Shown here: piece by piece, positions 28,302 through 36,786 of the stretch
Layout of the letters: every line of letters begins with the position of its first letter
How positions within the stretch are numbered: the stretch's first letter is position 1
Source of the DNA: Candidatus Pacearchaeota archaeon CG10_big_fil_rev_8_21_14_0_10_31_59
GTDB taxonomy: Archaea > Nanobdellota > Nanobdellia > Pacearchaeales > CG1-02-31-27
Assembly (NCBI GenBank): GCA_002763115.1
Contig: PFCW01000002.1
Location: 131,703-195,702, forward strand
Direction of reading: 5' to 3'
DNA: 64,000 bases
The notes under the pieces: generated by a model
The model's input: only the letters and a program-made list of their open reading frames with translations
Database searches by the model: none
Told to the model about the DNA's origin: nothing
Position numbers and translations under genes: made by a program

Positions 28302-29507
28302 TTATATCAAGAACCACCCTATAACAGGTAAAATTAAACAGCCCATAAGATGCATTTTTCTTACCTCTTTCAAATTTGCTAGTAAACCTATGGCTGTTGC
28401 AGGAATCAAAATTAAAATTGAAGTAAAACCGGAGAAAATCAGAGTTAAAATTATTATGAAAATTATAACCAGGATAGAAAGCAATTTATAATTAACTCGA
28501 TAAATTTTATTTGCTATTAATCTTGCTATAACTAAAGTTATCATTGCCGCAAGTGAACCAACAAAAATAACACACAAGATTATCAAAATAAGTTTGTTCA
28601 ATGTGAAATTTTCTATTATTTTTTCTATAACAACAGCAACACCATGTCTTGGTTTTTGTATAGCATACAAAGCAACAAAACCCAAAACCATAACAATTGT
28701 GTTTAAAGCACCAACCAAAACTAAAAAACCTTTATGTGAAATTTTTTTGAAGAATGAGGAGCCGAGAACAGCTGCCTGACTTGGCCCCAAACCAGGCAAA
28801 AAACTGCATAATGGAGAGCCGATTAAAGAAGCCAAGCTTGCTTTGAAAATTTCTTTTTTGCTTATTTTCACCTCGGAAAAATCCTGTCTCGGAATTCTTG
28901 TATTCTGGAATAAACTGTTAATCAGCAAACCCAAACCAAATAAACCTCCAAGCAAAGGCAATAACGGCTGTTTAACAAAATGAAAACTTAAACTCAAGAA
29001 ACCCAAAACTCCGGAAATTAAAAATAGAAATAAAGACCAGAAAAATTTCTTGTGTTTTATTTCCTTCATCAGCAAAAATAATGATGCAGCTATCAGAATT
29101 ATTGGGATATATTTTTTTATTAGCTCATAAGTTGAAGGCAAAAACAAAATAAATAATGGGGATAAAATTAAGATTATAATTAAAGCGATTAAAGAACCAT
29201 AAACAGTCAATTTTATCGCAGCAAAACCTTTTCCTTTCAATAAAAATCTGTGACCTGGCAAAACACCCAAAACAGTGTCTTCGTCAGGAGCTCCTAAAAA
29301 TATAGATGGTATGAAGTCAACAAAGGTGCTTGTTGTCGCCATTGAAACTAAAAAAATTACAACAGGAAATGAATCAGCAAAACTTAAACTTGCGAATATG
29401 TTAAAAACTATCAATGAAATCAAGTTTACATGCAAGCCAGGAATAAGACCGGCAATTATCCCAGCTATTAAGCCGAGAAAAATTGCTAAAATTATCGAAA
29501 TAAGCAT
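28302..29507 (-). CDS. TctA/DUF112-family polytopic membrane transporter subunit
   Basis: 401 aa, about 10 TM. Duplicated G-x3-G-x2-P-G-x-G-like motifs (GIIAGLIPGLH; SFLPGLGPSQAAVLGS) as recalled for TctA. Confidence 0.5.
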   Translation of the reverse strand: MLISIILAIFLGLIAGIIAGLIPGLHVNLISLIVFNIFASLSFADSFPVVIFLVSMATTSTFVDFIPSIFLGAPDEDTVLGVLPGHRFLLKGKGFAAIKLTVYGSLIALIIILILSPLFILFLPSTYELIKKYIPIILIAASLFLLMKEIKHKKFFWSLFLFLISGVLGFLSLSFHFVKQPLLPLLGGLFGLGLLINSLFQNTRIPRQDFSEVKISKKEIFKASLASLIGSPLCSFLPGLGPSQAAVLGSSFFKKISHKGFLVLVGALNTIVMVLGFVALYAIQKPRHGVAVVIEKIIENFTLNKLILIILCVIFVGSLAAMITLVIARLIANKIYRVNYKLLSILVIIFIIILTLIFSGFTSILILIPATAIGLLANLKEVRKMHLMGCLILPVIGWFLI

Positions 29508-29547
29508 TAAAATTAAAAATAAACTGAATTTTTATTTTTTATTGTTC

Positions 29548-29904
29548 TCAAACAGCTTTTATTTTTTCAATTTCTATCTCTAAACCACCGTTATACTCAA
29601 TAATTTTTCCTGTAATCTCTAAATTTTCTCCAATCAATTCTTCAAATTCATAATTTTGTTTGTCTTTATAAAGAATAGATTTTATTTCTCCAGTTTCATC
29701 CTTCAAGGTTAAAATAAATAATCCTTCTGTTTCCTTAACTTCTGAAATTTCAGCTTCAATTCTGACAAAACTGTCAAGTTTTTTCTTTTCAATCTCGTTT
29801 ATTTTAATTATTTTGGGTTCAATAAATTTATTAATAAGCAAAATACAGATTAAACTTACGATGGCGATTATTAAACACAATTTTATAAGCGAAGTTGTTT
29901 TCAT
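29548..29904 (-). CDS. membrane-anchored OB-fold (BOF/YgiW-like) protein
   Basis: 118 aa. N-terminal TM anchor, then a beta-rich region (VRIEAEISEVKETEGLFILTLKDETGEIKSILYKD...ITGKIIEYNGGLEIE). Confidence 0.45.
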   Translation of the reverse strand: MKTTSLIKLCLIIAIVSLICILLINKFIEPKIIKINEIEKKKLDSFVRIEAEISEVKETEGLFILTLKDETGEIKSILYKDKQNYEFEELIGENLEITGKIIEYNGGLEIEIEKIKAV

Positions 29905-29946
29905 TCCCTAGGAAAGTTTAAATAACTTTTATTCTTTTCTATACTC

Positions 29947-30888
29947 ATGGATACAAAAGAAAAAAAGGAGTTGATTCTGAAAAATGTTGTTGAAGTTATA
30001 GAGGAAAAAGAACTAGATGAAATCTTGAAGAAAAAACAACCAGTTGTTTATTGCGGTTACGAGCCTTCAGGACCAATACATCTAGGACATTTTGTAACAA
30101 TTACAAAACTCTTGGATTTTCAAAAAGCAGGATTCAAAGTCAAGATTTTATTGGCCGATTGGCATGCCCGGTTAAATAAAAAAGGAACATTTGAGGAAAT
30201 TAGAAAACAAACTGAAAAATGGAAAAAAGATTTCACAAAATTAGGTTTGGACAAAGCAGAATTTATTATAGGAACTTCTTTCCAGAAAAATGAAGATTAC
30301 ATAAATGATGTTTTTTCTTTGGCAGTTGACACAACAATAAACAGGGCTTTAAGAAGCATGCAGCAGGTTGCTCGAGATATAGAAAATGCGAACGTCGGAC
30401 AAGTAATATATCCTTTTATGCAGGCAGTTGACATTAAACATCTAAAAGTTGATGTTGCTTATGGAGGTTTAGAGCAAAGAAAAATCCATATGATTGCCCG
30501 CGAATTACTTCCCTCTATTAATTATAAAGCTCCAACATGTGTTCATACGCCTCTGATAACTTCTTTAAGCGGACCTGGAGAAAAAATGTCAAGCAGCAAG
30601 CCCGAAACAATGATTTCTTTGGATGACAAGCCGGATGAAATTAAAAACAAAGTAAGGAAGGCGTATTGTCCAGAAAAAGTTTCTGAGGAAAATCCAATAT
30701 TACAGATTTCAAAACTGATAATTTTCCCTAGAATTAAAATTTTTGAAATTAAAAGAGACAAAAAATATGGCGGAGATATTTCTCTTAAAAATTATAAGGA
30801 ACTCGAAAAATCTTTTACAGAAGGAAAAATTCATCCTCTAGATTTGAAAAATACCGTTGCCGAATATTTAATTGAGATTTTAAAATAA
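29947..30888 (+). CDS. tyrS: tyrosyl-tRNA synthetase (archaeal short form)
   Basis: 313 aa. HIGH-type motif PSGPIHLGH. KMSSS (KMSKS variant). Class I Rossmann fold. Confidence 0.9.
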   Translation: MDTKEKKELILKNVVEVIEEKELDEILKKKQPVVYCGYEPSGPIHLGHFVTITKLLDFQKAGFKVKILLADWHARLNKKGTFEEIRKQTEKWKKDFTKLGLDKAEFIIGTSFQKNEDYINDVFSLAVDTTINRALRSMQQVARDIENANVGQVIYPFMQAVDIKHLKVDVAYGGLEQRKIHMIARELLPSINYKAPTCVHTPLITSLSGPGEKMSSSKPETMISLDDKPDEIKNKVRKAYCPEKVSEENPILQISKLIIFPRIKIFEIKRDKKYGGDISLKNYKELEKSFTEGKIHPLDLKNTVAEYLIEILK

Positions 30889-30933
30889 TTATTTCTTCAA
30901 ATACAGTTCAACAATATCTCCGTCAGAAACATT
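30889..30933 (-). pseudogene. orphan duplicate of the Drg/TGS 3' end (encodes NVSDGDIVELYLKK*)
   Basis: Minus-strand reading of 30889-30933 gives ...NVSDGDIVELYLKK-stop, ~80% nt identity to the real drg 3' end at 31908-31950 (LEDGDVVELYLKK*). Abuts the tyrS stop. Confidence 0.45.
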
Positions 30934-30938
30934 TAAAT

Positions 30939-30957
30939 ACTATAGTCTACTATAGTA
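30939..30957. promoter_or_regulatory. tandem 8-bp palindromes ACTATAGT x2 upstream of the antitoxin gene (candidate operator)
   Basis: tACTATAGTctACTATAGTaaat, 24-40 nt upstream of ATG 30981. Confidence 0.4.
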
Positions 30958-30980
30958 AATTATAATTAGTTATAATAAAA

Positions 30981-31202
30981 ATGGCAACAACAATACAAAT
31001 TTCAGGCAATATAAAAACGACACTCGATAAAATGAAACTTTTTGAGAGAGAAACATATAATGATATAATAGAAAGAATGATAGAAGATGATTTGGAACTA
31101 AATGAGAGAACTAAAAAAGATATTGAAGAAGCCAGAAAACAAGTAAAAGCTGGAAAAGTTGTCTCTCATGGAGAGGTTGAAAAAAGAATAGGGTTAAGAT
31201 AA
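30981..31202 (+). CDS. type II antitoxin (RelB/DinJ/RHH-like)
   Basis: 73 aa, directly upstream of the RelE/ParE toxin gene. N-terminal IQISGNIKTTLDKMK fits a ribbon-helix-helix beta-strand. Confidence 0.5.
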   Translation: MATTIQISGNIKTTLDKMKLFERETYNDIIERMIEDDLELNERTKKDIEEARKQVKAGKVVSHGEVEKRIGLR

Positions 31203-31232
31203 GTTTAATAATTCTTTTTTATTCACATTAAA

Positions 31233-31496
31233 ATGGAAAAAGAGTTTAGGATAAACTGGACTGAAAAAGCTCTTGATGGAATCGACGAATTAGAACCTTT
31301 AATTGCTAAAAGAATAACTAAAAAAGTTTCTGAATTGGCAAAAAACTCCTCTTCTCTTAATATCAAAAGACTAAAAGGAGAAAAAGCATTTCGGCTGAGA
31401 ATTGGAGATTATAGAATTATTTTTGATATCAATACTGCGGAAAATTCAATAAACATTTTAAAGGTCGGTCACAGAAAAAATATTTATGAAAGATGA
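31233..31496 (+). CDS. RelE/ParE-family type II toxin
   Basis: 87 aa. ...AFRLRIGDYRIIFDINTAENSINILKVGHRKNIY is the characteristic RelE/ParE C-terminal pattern. Confidence 0.7.
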   Translation: MEKEFRINWTEKALDGIDELEPLIAKRITKKVSELAKNSSSLNIKRLKGEKAFRLRIGDYRIIFDINTAENSINILKVGHRKNIYER

Positions 31497-31536
31497 CTAT
31501 TTCTTCAAACTAGTTAAAATAAGAGAACTGAAAGAT

Positions 31537-31839
31537 TTATTTTCTTTTAACAGGGATGCCATACCCTCCACTGTTATCGCTATACACTCCGCTTCCACTT
31601 AGAGGAATGTATCTAATAAATCCAACACATCTTTCATCAAGAAGTTTTTTAAGTAAGTCCCATTCTATCTCTTGGTCAATAAACATATATTTTTCTGGTG
31701 TTCCAGTGTCCATAATTTCATATTCATGCCTTTTAAGTTCATTATATTCTGCTAAACTACCTGGGAATCTATCTAGTGCATTAATTCCATCTTCCAATTG
31801 TTTTTTTCTCTTCCAATTGTTTTTTTCTTTACGATCCAT
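31537..31839 (-). CDS. hypothetical protein; N-terminus contains a perfect 19-bp tandem duplication
   Basis: 100 aa. The overlapping + strand ORF 31556-31855 is low-complexity and judged spurious. cttccaattgtttttttct is repeated at 31791-31809 and 31810-31828, encoding EKNNWK|RKKQLED. Confidence 0.4.
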   Translation of the reverse strand: MDRKEKNNWKRKKQLEDGINALDRFPGSLAEYNELKRHEYEIMDTGTPEKYMFIDQEIEWDLLKKLLDERCVGFIRYIPLSGSGVYSDNSGGYGIPVKRK

Positions 31840-31907
31840 TTTAATTCCTTATTGATATAACAAATCTAATCTTTATAAATCTTTTGTTTATAGTAATTAT
31901 TAAGTAG

Positions 31908-32840
31908 TTACTTCTTCAAATATAGTTCCACAACGTCACCATCTTCTAATCTATGCTCTTTTTTTACATTCTGCCATTCAAATCTTGCACTTTTGCCTTT
32001 TACCTTGGCATAATTTATTCTGTCAATATAATCTCTTCTGATTTCTTTTGCAACATCTTCGATAGTCGGCTGAGTTTTGAAAACAATCGGCTTTTTTGCA
32101 ATTTCTTTTGAAGGTTCTTTCGTGTATATTCTGTAAAGATTTAACTGCCAGAATAAATATTTCATAAAAAAATTCAGGGAACTTTCCTCTGCGACAGAAA
32201 ACTTGACAGTTTCAATCTTTTTTTTATTAAAAGAAAAATCCTCTTTTTTGAAATCTTCGAAATATTTTGTATTGGAAACAATTATCATATTTTCAGGAAT
32301 TTTATTGAAAGTTTTTTCTATTTCCGGCATTACCCCCTTTAGCTGGTCAAAATCTTCAACCATCACCAAAATCAAATCAGTAGTTCTTAGGAGATTAAGA
32401 TATTTTTTGTCTTTATCATAAATTCCAGTCAAAGCAGGCAATTCAACGAACTGAAGCCAAACATCATTGAATTTTACAACACCCTGCTCCGGTTTTATTG
32501 TCGTAAATGGAAATTCGCGTATCTTCGGTTTTGCATTCGTAATCTTGCTCAAAAACAAACTTTTTCCGGTATTTGTAGGACCGACAACAATAATCTGAAA
32601 ATCACCTTCTTTTTTTAAGGAATCCCCATGCTTCAAACCTTTTTTCCTTTTCTTTTCTTCAATTTCTTTTTTTAATCTCGACAGCTTTCTTTTTAAATCA
32701 GCTCTTAGATTTTCAGCTCCCTTATGACTCGGAGCTTCAGAAATCATTTTTTTTAAAATATCTATTTTCTCTTCATCTGTTTTTGCTACGGCATATTCCC
32801 CCTGTAGCTTCAAAAACTGCGGTGTGGCATTAATTGGCAT
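31908..32840 (-). CDS. Drg-family GTP-binding protein with C-terminal TGS domain (G3/G4 motifs appear degenerate)
   Basis: 310 aa. Drg-like N-terminal helical region. P-loop GPTNTGKS. G2 FPFTT. C-terminal TGS (RLEDGDVVELYLKK). Where DLPG and NKxD are expected I read ELPAL and NTKY. Confidence 0.6.
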   Translation of the reverse strand: MPINATPQFLKLQGEYAVAKTDEEKIDILKKMISEAPSHKGAENLRADLKRKLSRLKKEIEEKKRKKGLKHGDSLKKEGDFQIIVVGPTNTGKSLFLSKITNAKPKIREFPFTTIKPEQGVVKFNDVWLQFVELPALTGIYDKDKKYLNLLRTTDLILVMVEDFDQLKGVMPEIEKTFNKIPENMIIVSNTKYFEDFKKEDFSFNKKKIETVKFSVAEESSLNFFMKYLFWQLNLYRIYTKEPSKEIAKKPIVFKTQPTIEDVAKEIRRDYIDRINYAKVKGKSARFEWQNVKKEHRLEDGDVVELYLKK

Positions 32841-32897
32841 GTATTATATACATACAAAAAATTTAAAAGCTTTTTTAATGTTAATGAATAACATAAA

Positions 32898-34097
32898 ATG
32901 GCCGAATTTCACAAGAAAGTTCTTTCTAACGGACTTACGATTTTATATGAGCATAGAAATTTACCTGTTACAACTATAGTTGTTGCAGCAAAATATGGTT
33001 ATGGATACGAAAATTCCCTCAACAAGGGCATTTCCCATCTAATCGAGCACTGTATTTTCAAGGGAACAAAGAAAAGAACGAATGAACAATTAGCAGCTTC
33101 ACTTGAAAAAGTTGGAGGTTATGTTAACGCTTTTACAGATGAAGAAGAGACGGCAATTTATACCAAAATTCCATCAAAACATTTTGAACTTGGCCTTGAT
33201 GTTATTTTAGATATGTTTCTTAATCCGGCTTTTGACGACAAAGAAATAAAAAAAGAAAAAAAAGTTGTGCTGGAAGAAATGAAAATGTATCACGATTCGC
33301 CTATGAGATCTATTTTTGATATAATGAAATCGTTGCTTTACAAACCACCTTTTAGCATATCCGGACTTGGAACAGAAAAATGTTTAAATATAATCAAGAG
33401 AAAGGACCTTTTGAAATTGCATTTAGACCAGTACACACCAAAAAATACAATTTTGATTGTTATAGGGGACGTTTCTTTAGAGGATGTTGCAGAAAAAGCA
33501 GAAAAATATTTTGATTTGTATAGAGTTCAGGGTTATAAAAATATTGATGTCAGATTTTCAAACGGAAATTATACTGAAAAAAGAAAAGGTATAGACCAAG
33601 CACATTTGGCTTTAGGATTTCATGCTCCGCCTTTTTCAAATAAATTAAATTATGCGGCACAACTCGCAAATTCTCTATTGGCTCCTGGACATTCAAGCAT
33701 ATTATGGAGAGAAATAAGGGAAAAAAGAGGGCTTGCCTATGCTTTATTAAGTATATTAGAATGTGGAAAAAATTTCGGCTATCATACTTTTTATGTCGGC
33801 TGTCCAAAAGAAAATGTAAATCAGGTTTTTGAAATAATTAAAAAAGAGATTAAAGAACTGCAGAATATCAAACAAAAAAATTTAAGTGAAATGAAAGAAC
33901 AATTAATAGGAAATCATCTTTTAAAAATGGAGGATTCAACGACGGTAGCAAAAGAACTTCTTTATTATGAAATTGCTGGAAAAGCAGAGGATTTTTATAA
34001 TTATGAGGAAAATATAAGCGCCGTAAAATTAGATGATGTAAAAAGTGTCATGAATGTTAAAGATTATTCCAAGACTCTTATCTTGCCAGAAAAATGA
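32898..34097 (+). CDS. M16-family zinc peptidase (pitrilysin/insulinase-like)
   Basis: 399 aa. Inverted zinc motif HLIEHCIFKGT (HxxEH) with downstream Glu (EEMK). Two-domain M16 layout. Confidence 0.8.
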   Translation: MAEFHKKVLSNGLTILYEHRNLPVTTIVVAAKYGYGYENSLNKGISHLIEHCIFKGTKKRTNEQLAASLEKVGGYVNAFTDEEETAIYTKIPSKHFELGLDVILDMFLNPAFDDKEIKKEKKVVLEEMKMYHDSPMRSIFDIMKSLLYKPPFSISGLGTEKCLNIIKRKDLLKLHLDQYTPKNTILIVIGDVSLEDVAEKAEKYFDLYRVQGYKNIDVRFSNGNYTEKRKGIDQAHLALGFHAPPFSNKLNYAAQLANSLLAPGHSSILWREIREKRGLAYALLSILECGKNFGYHTFYVGCPKENVNQVFEIIKKEIKELQNIKQKNLSEMKEQLIGNHLLKMEDSTTVAKELLYYEIAGKAEDFYNYEENISAVKLDDVKSVMNVKDYSKTLILPEK

Positions 34098-34621
34098 GAT
34101 GTTTTATTGCAGTAGATTTGCCAGAAAAAGTTAAGGATGTAATTGTACAAATTCAAAATAATCTGGAGAAAAAAAATTTGTTCTCCGGGAAATTAATAAA
34201 AAAAGAGAATCTGCATCTGACTTTGAAATTTCTTAATGAAATTGACAAGGAAAAAGCAGAAAAAATAAAAATTATCTTGGAAAATGTCAAATTAAAAAAA
34301 TTTAAGGTTAAATTATCGGATTTCGGCGTTTTCTCCGAGAATTTTATCAAAATAATCTGGGTAAAAATGGAAAATTGTGATGAACTGCAAAAACAAATCG
34401 ATAAGAATCTTGAACATTTATTTCAAAAAGAAAAGAATTTTGTTTCGCATATAACAATAGCGAGGGTAAAAAATGTCGAAGATAAACAAAAACTGATTGA
34501 TAAGCTTAAAAGAATCAAGATGAATGAAGAATTTATTGTAGATAAATTTTCTTTAAAAAAGTCAACCTTGACGGAAAATGGACCGGTTTATGAAGATTTG
34601 ACCGTTTTTGAGTTAGGCTAA
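34094..34621 (+). CDS. thpR: RNA 2',3'-cyclic phosphodiesterase / 2'-5' RNA ligase (2H phosphoesterase, ThpR/LigT)
   Basis: 175 aa. Two H-x-T/S-x motifs: HLTLKFL and HITIARV. Confidence 0.75.
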   Translation: MRCFIAVDLPEKVKDVIVQIQNNLEKKNLFSGKLIKKENLHLTLKFLNEIDKEKAEKIKIILENVKLKKFKVKLSDFGVFSENFIKIIWVKMENCDELQKQIDKNLEHLFQKEKNFVSHITIARVKNVEDKQKLIDKLKRIKMNEEFIVDKFSLKKSTLTENGPVYEDLTVFELG

Positions 34622-35313
34622 TCAGAATACCTCATCCCAGTTATTTCTTTAATTAATTTTGCTTTTTTATTGCCCAATTTTTTAATTTTTGAAAGTTCAG
34701 CAATATCAGCATTAATTATGTTTTTTAAAGTCTTGAATTTTCTTAATAATTCCTTTGCCAAGTTTGGTCCTATTCCCGGAAAACCCTCAATTATCAACTG
34801 CAACATCTCATTTTTGCTATAAACTTTCTTCTTAAACTTTAATCCTATTTCTTTATTAGGCTTGTTTTCTCTTTTAGCCAAAGATTTCAGATATTTTGCA
34901 GTGTCCTCAGAATTCTTTGTGAAAATTACAGGTATTCGATACTCCAAAATAACAGATAAAACCATGCCCCTTATTACATTCTCATTGAAACTGTTTTCAT
35001 AAAAATCTTTCTCCTCATATCCTTCAATAATCAACAACTGCTTCGGATATTGTTTTAATTCATGCAACTGCTTAAACAATCTTTTATTTATCATACTGGA
35101 AATAAAATCAGAAATTGTCTTTCGTTCTATTCCAATGCTGCCGACAATATAATCAGCAACTTTCAGCATTTTAAATTCGGGGTTAACTTCATTTTCAATA
35201 AGATAAGAATATACAAGTGAATTTTTTTCTCTTTTATCAACTATAATGTGCAGTAATTCTTTAGGCTTTTCCTTGGATTTTTTCTTTGGGAATATATCTA
35301 AAATTGGTTCCAT
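34618..35313 (-). CDS. XPF/Hef-type ERCC4 nuclease with C-terminal (HhH)2
   Basis: 231 aa. ERCC4 signature IVDKREKNS...VADYIV...GIERKTISDF (GDxn ERKxxxD). C-terminal GFPGIGPNLAKELL...LGNKKAKLI are HhH motifs. Confidence 0.75.
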   Translation of the reverse strand: MEPILDIFPKKKSKEKPKELLHIIVDKREKNSLVYSYLIENEVNPEFKMLKVADYIVGSIGIERKTISDFISSMINKRLFKQLHELKQYPKQLLIIEGYEEKDFYENSFNENVIRGMVLSVILEYRIPVIFTKNSEDTAKYLKSLAKRENKPNKEIGLKFKKKVYSKNEMLQLIIEGFPGIGPNLAKELLRKFKTLKNIINADIAELSKIKKLGNKKAKLIKEITGMRYSD

Positions 35314-35314
35314 T

Positions 35315-36091
35315 TTATATGATTAAACTATAAATTATTAAAAATAATCCTAAAGCAAGAGTGTAATATGCAAAATAATGTAATTTCTGATTTTGAACTA
35401 TTTTTATTAATAATTTCAAGAAAATATAACTGATTATCAATGCAATCAAAAATCCAACAAGAACATAAACAAAATTGATATTCGACAATGTCAGTTCTTT
35501 AAATTCGAAAATCATCGCTCCAATTATTGCTGGAATTGCGATTAAAAATGAAAATTTAATAGCTTTTTCTTTCGGAATGCCCAAGATTAATCCTGTTGAA
35601 ATTGTAGAACCGGAGCGGGAAATACCGGGTATTAAAGCTAGGCCCTGGGAAATTCCAACAAATACTGAGTTTAAGAAATTTAAATTTTTTGATTTAATTT
35701 TTATTTTTGTCATAAACAAGAAGAAAGTTGTGATTAACAAAGCAAAACCTATTATCGATAAATTCGTGAAGAATGATTTGAATAAACTTTTAAAGGAAAA
35801 CCCGATGATTGCTGTAAAAATACAAGCTATAATAATATAAACTGCAACTTTAAAATTTTCAGATTTTAATTTAAAGGAAAAAAATTCCTTTATTATATTA
35901 ATAATATCTTTCCAAAAAACTATTAATATTGCTATTAAAGTTGCTACATGTAACACCATATTAAAAGCAACTGGAACTTGTATACCCCAGAATTTTTCTA
36001 TGATTGCTAGATGAGCAGAACTTGAAACTGGAATAAATTCAGTAATCCCCTGAATTAATCCTAAAATTATTGATTGAATTATTGTTAACAT
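35315..36091 (-). CDS. uppP: undecaprenyl-diphosphatase (BacA/UppP)
   Basis: 258 aa, 7-8 TM. PVSSSAHL and GISRSGSTI signature motifs. Confidence 0.85.
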   Translation of the reverse strand: MLTIIQSIILGLIQGITEFIPVSSSAHLAIIEKFWGIQVPVAFNMVLHVATLIAILIVFWKDIINIIKEFFSFKLKSENFKVAVYIIIACIFTAIIGFSFKSLFKSFFTNLSIIGFALLITTFFLFMTKIKIKSKNLNFLNSVFVGISQGLALIPGISRSGSTISTGLILGIPKEKAIKFSFLIAIPAIIGAMIFEFKELTLSNINFVYVLVGFLIALIISYIFLKLLIKIVQNQKLHYFAYYTLALGLFLIIYSLII

Positions 36092-36786
36092 TTGAAGTAA
36101 TCCTTATATTTTATTTTAGTCTTGTCTTTCTTGGACATAAGCTTTAAGCATTTAAAAATCATATTGATTATCCCCTCTCTTTCAAATCTTCTAAACGAGT
36201 ATCTTAATTTAGATTTTTTATTAAAAATCGCGAATTTTCCCAATTTAGAAGCTTTTCTGACATAATCTGAATCTTCAAAATAATATAGTTTTTCATTAAA
36301 GCCATTTATTGCTTCATGCAATTCCCTCTTGATAATAATCCCAAAACCCCAGGCATAAGGTTTTATTTTCTGCGTAAAAAACATATGGACATTGATAACT
36401 CCAACGATTATATCGTTAATAACTTTTTTTTCCAATGCAAAAGTGTAAAAAGCCCCAACATCCAGCTTTTTCTTTTTAAAAAGTTTTAAACTAACTTCTA
36501 AAAAGTTTTTAGGTATTATTATATCTGCATCAAAAAAAATAAAAATATCCCCTTTAGCAACCTTTGCTCCATTATTTCTTCCGACAGAGGGGACACCCCC
36601 GTCAACTATTTTGCACCCGTAATTTTTTGCAATTTCTCTGATTTGGTCTTCTGATTTGGCGTCAGCCACTACAACCTCAAAATCTTTGAATGTCTGTCTC
36701 TTCAAACAGTTTAGCAACAAAGGCAGTCTTTTTTCTTCGTTTTTTGTCGGAATTATTATGCTTATTAATGGCATTTTAAAAATCAT
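36085..36786 (-). CDS. family 2 glycosyltransferase (dolichyl-phosphate sugar transferase-like)
   Basis: 233 aa. ISIIIPTKNEE, DAKSEDQ, FFDADI (DxD). Confidence 0.7.
   Translation of the reverse strand: MIFKMPLISIIIPTKNEEKRLPLLLNCLKRQTFKDFEVVVADAKSEDQIREIAKNYGCKIVDGGVPSVGRNNGAKVAKGDIFIFFDADIIIPKNFLEVSLKLFKKKKLDVGAFYTFALEKKVINDIIVGVINVHMFFTQKIKPYAWGFGIIIKRELHEAINGFNEKLYYFEDSDYVRKASKLGKFAIFNKKSKLRYSFRRFEREGIINMIFKCLKLMSKKDKTKIKYKDYFKC

Noticed and set aside
31556-31855. Plus-strand ORF (99 aa) overlapping the minus-strand hypothetical gene.
   Set aside because: It is S/L/P-rich, low-complexity and antisense to a better-composed ORF.
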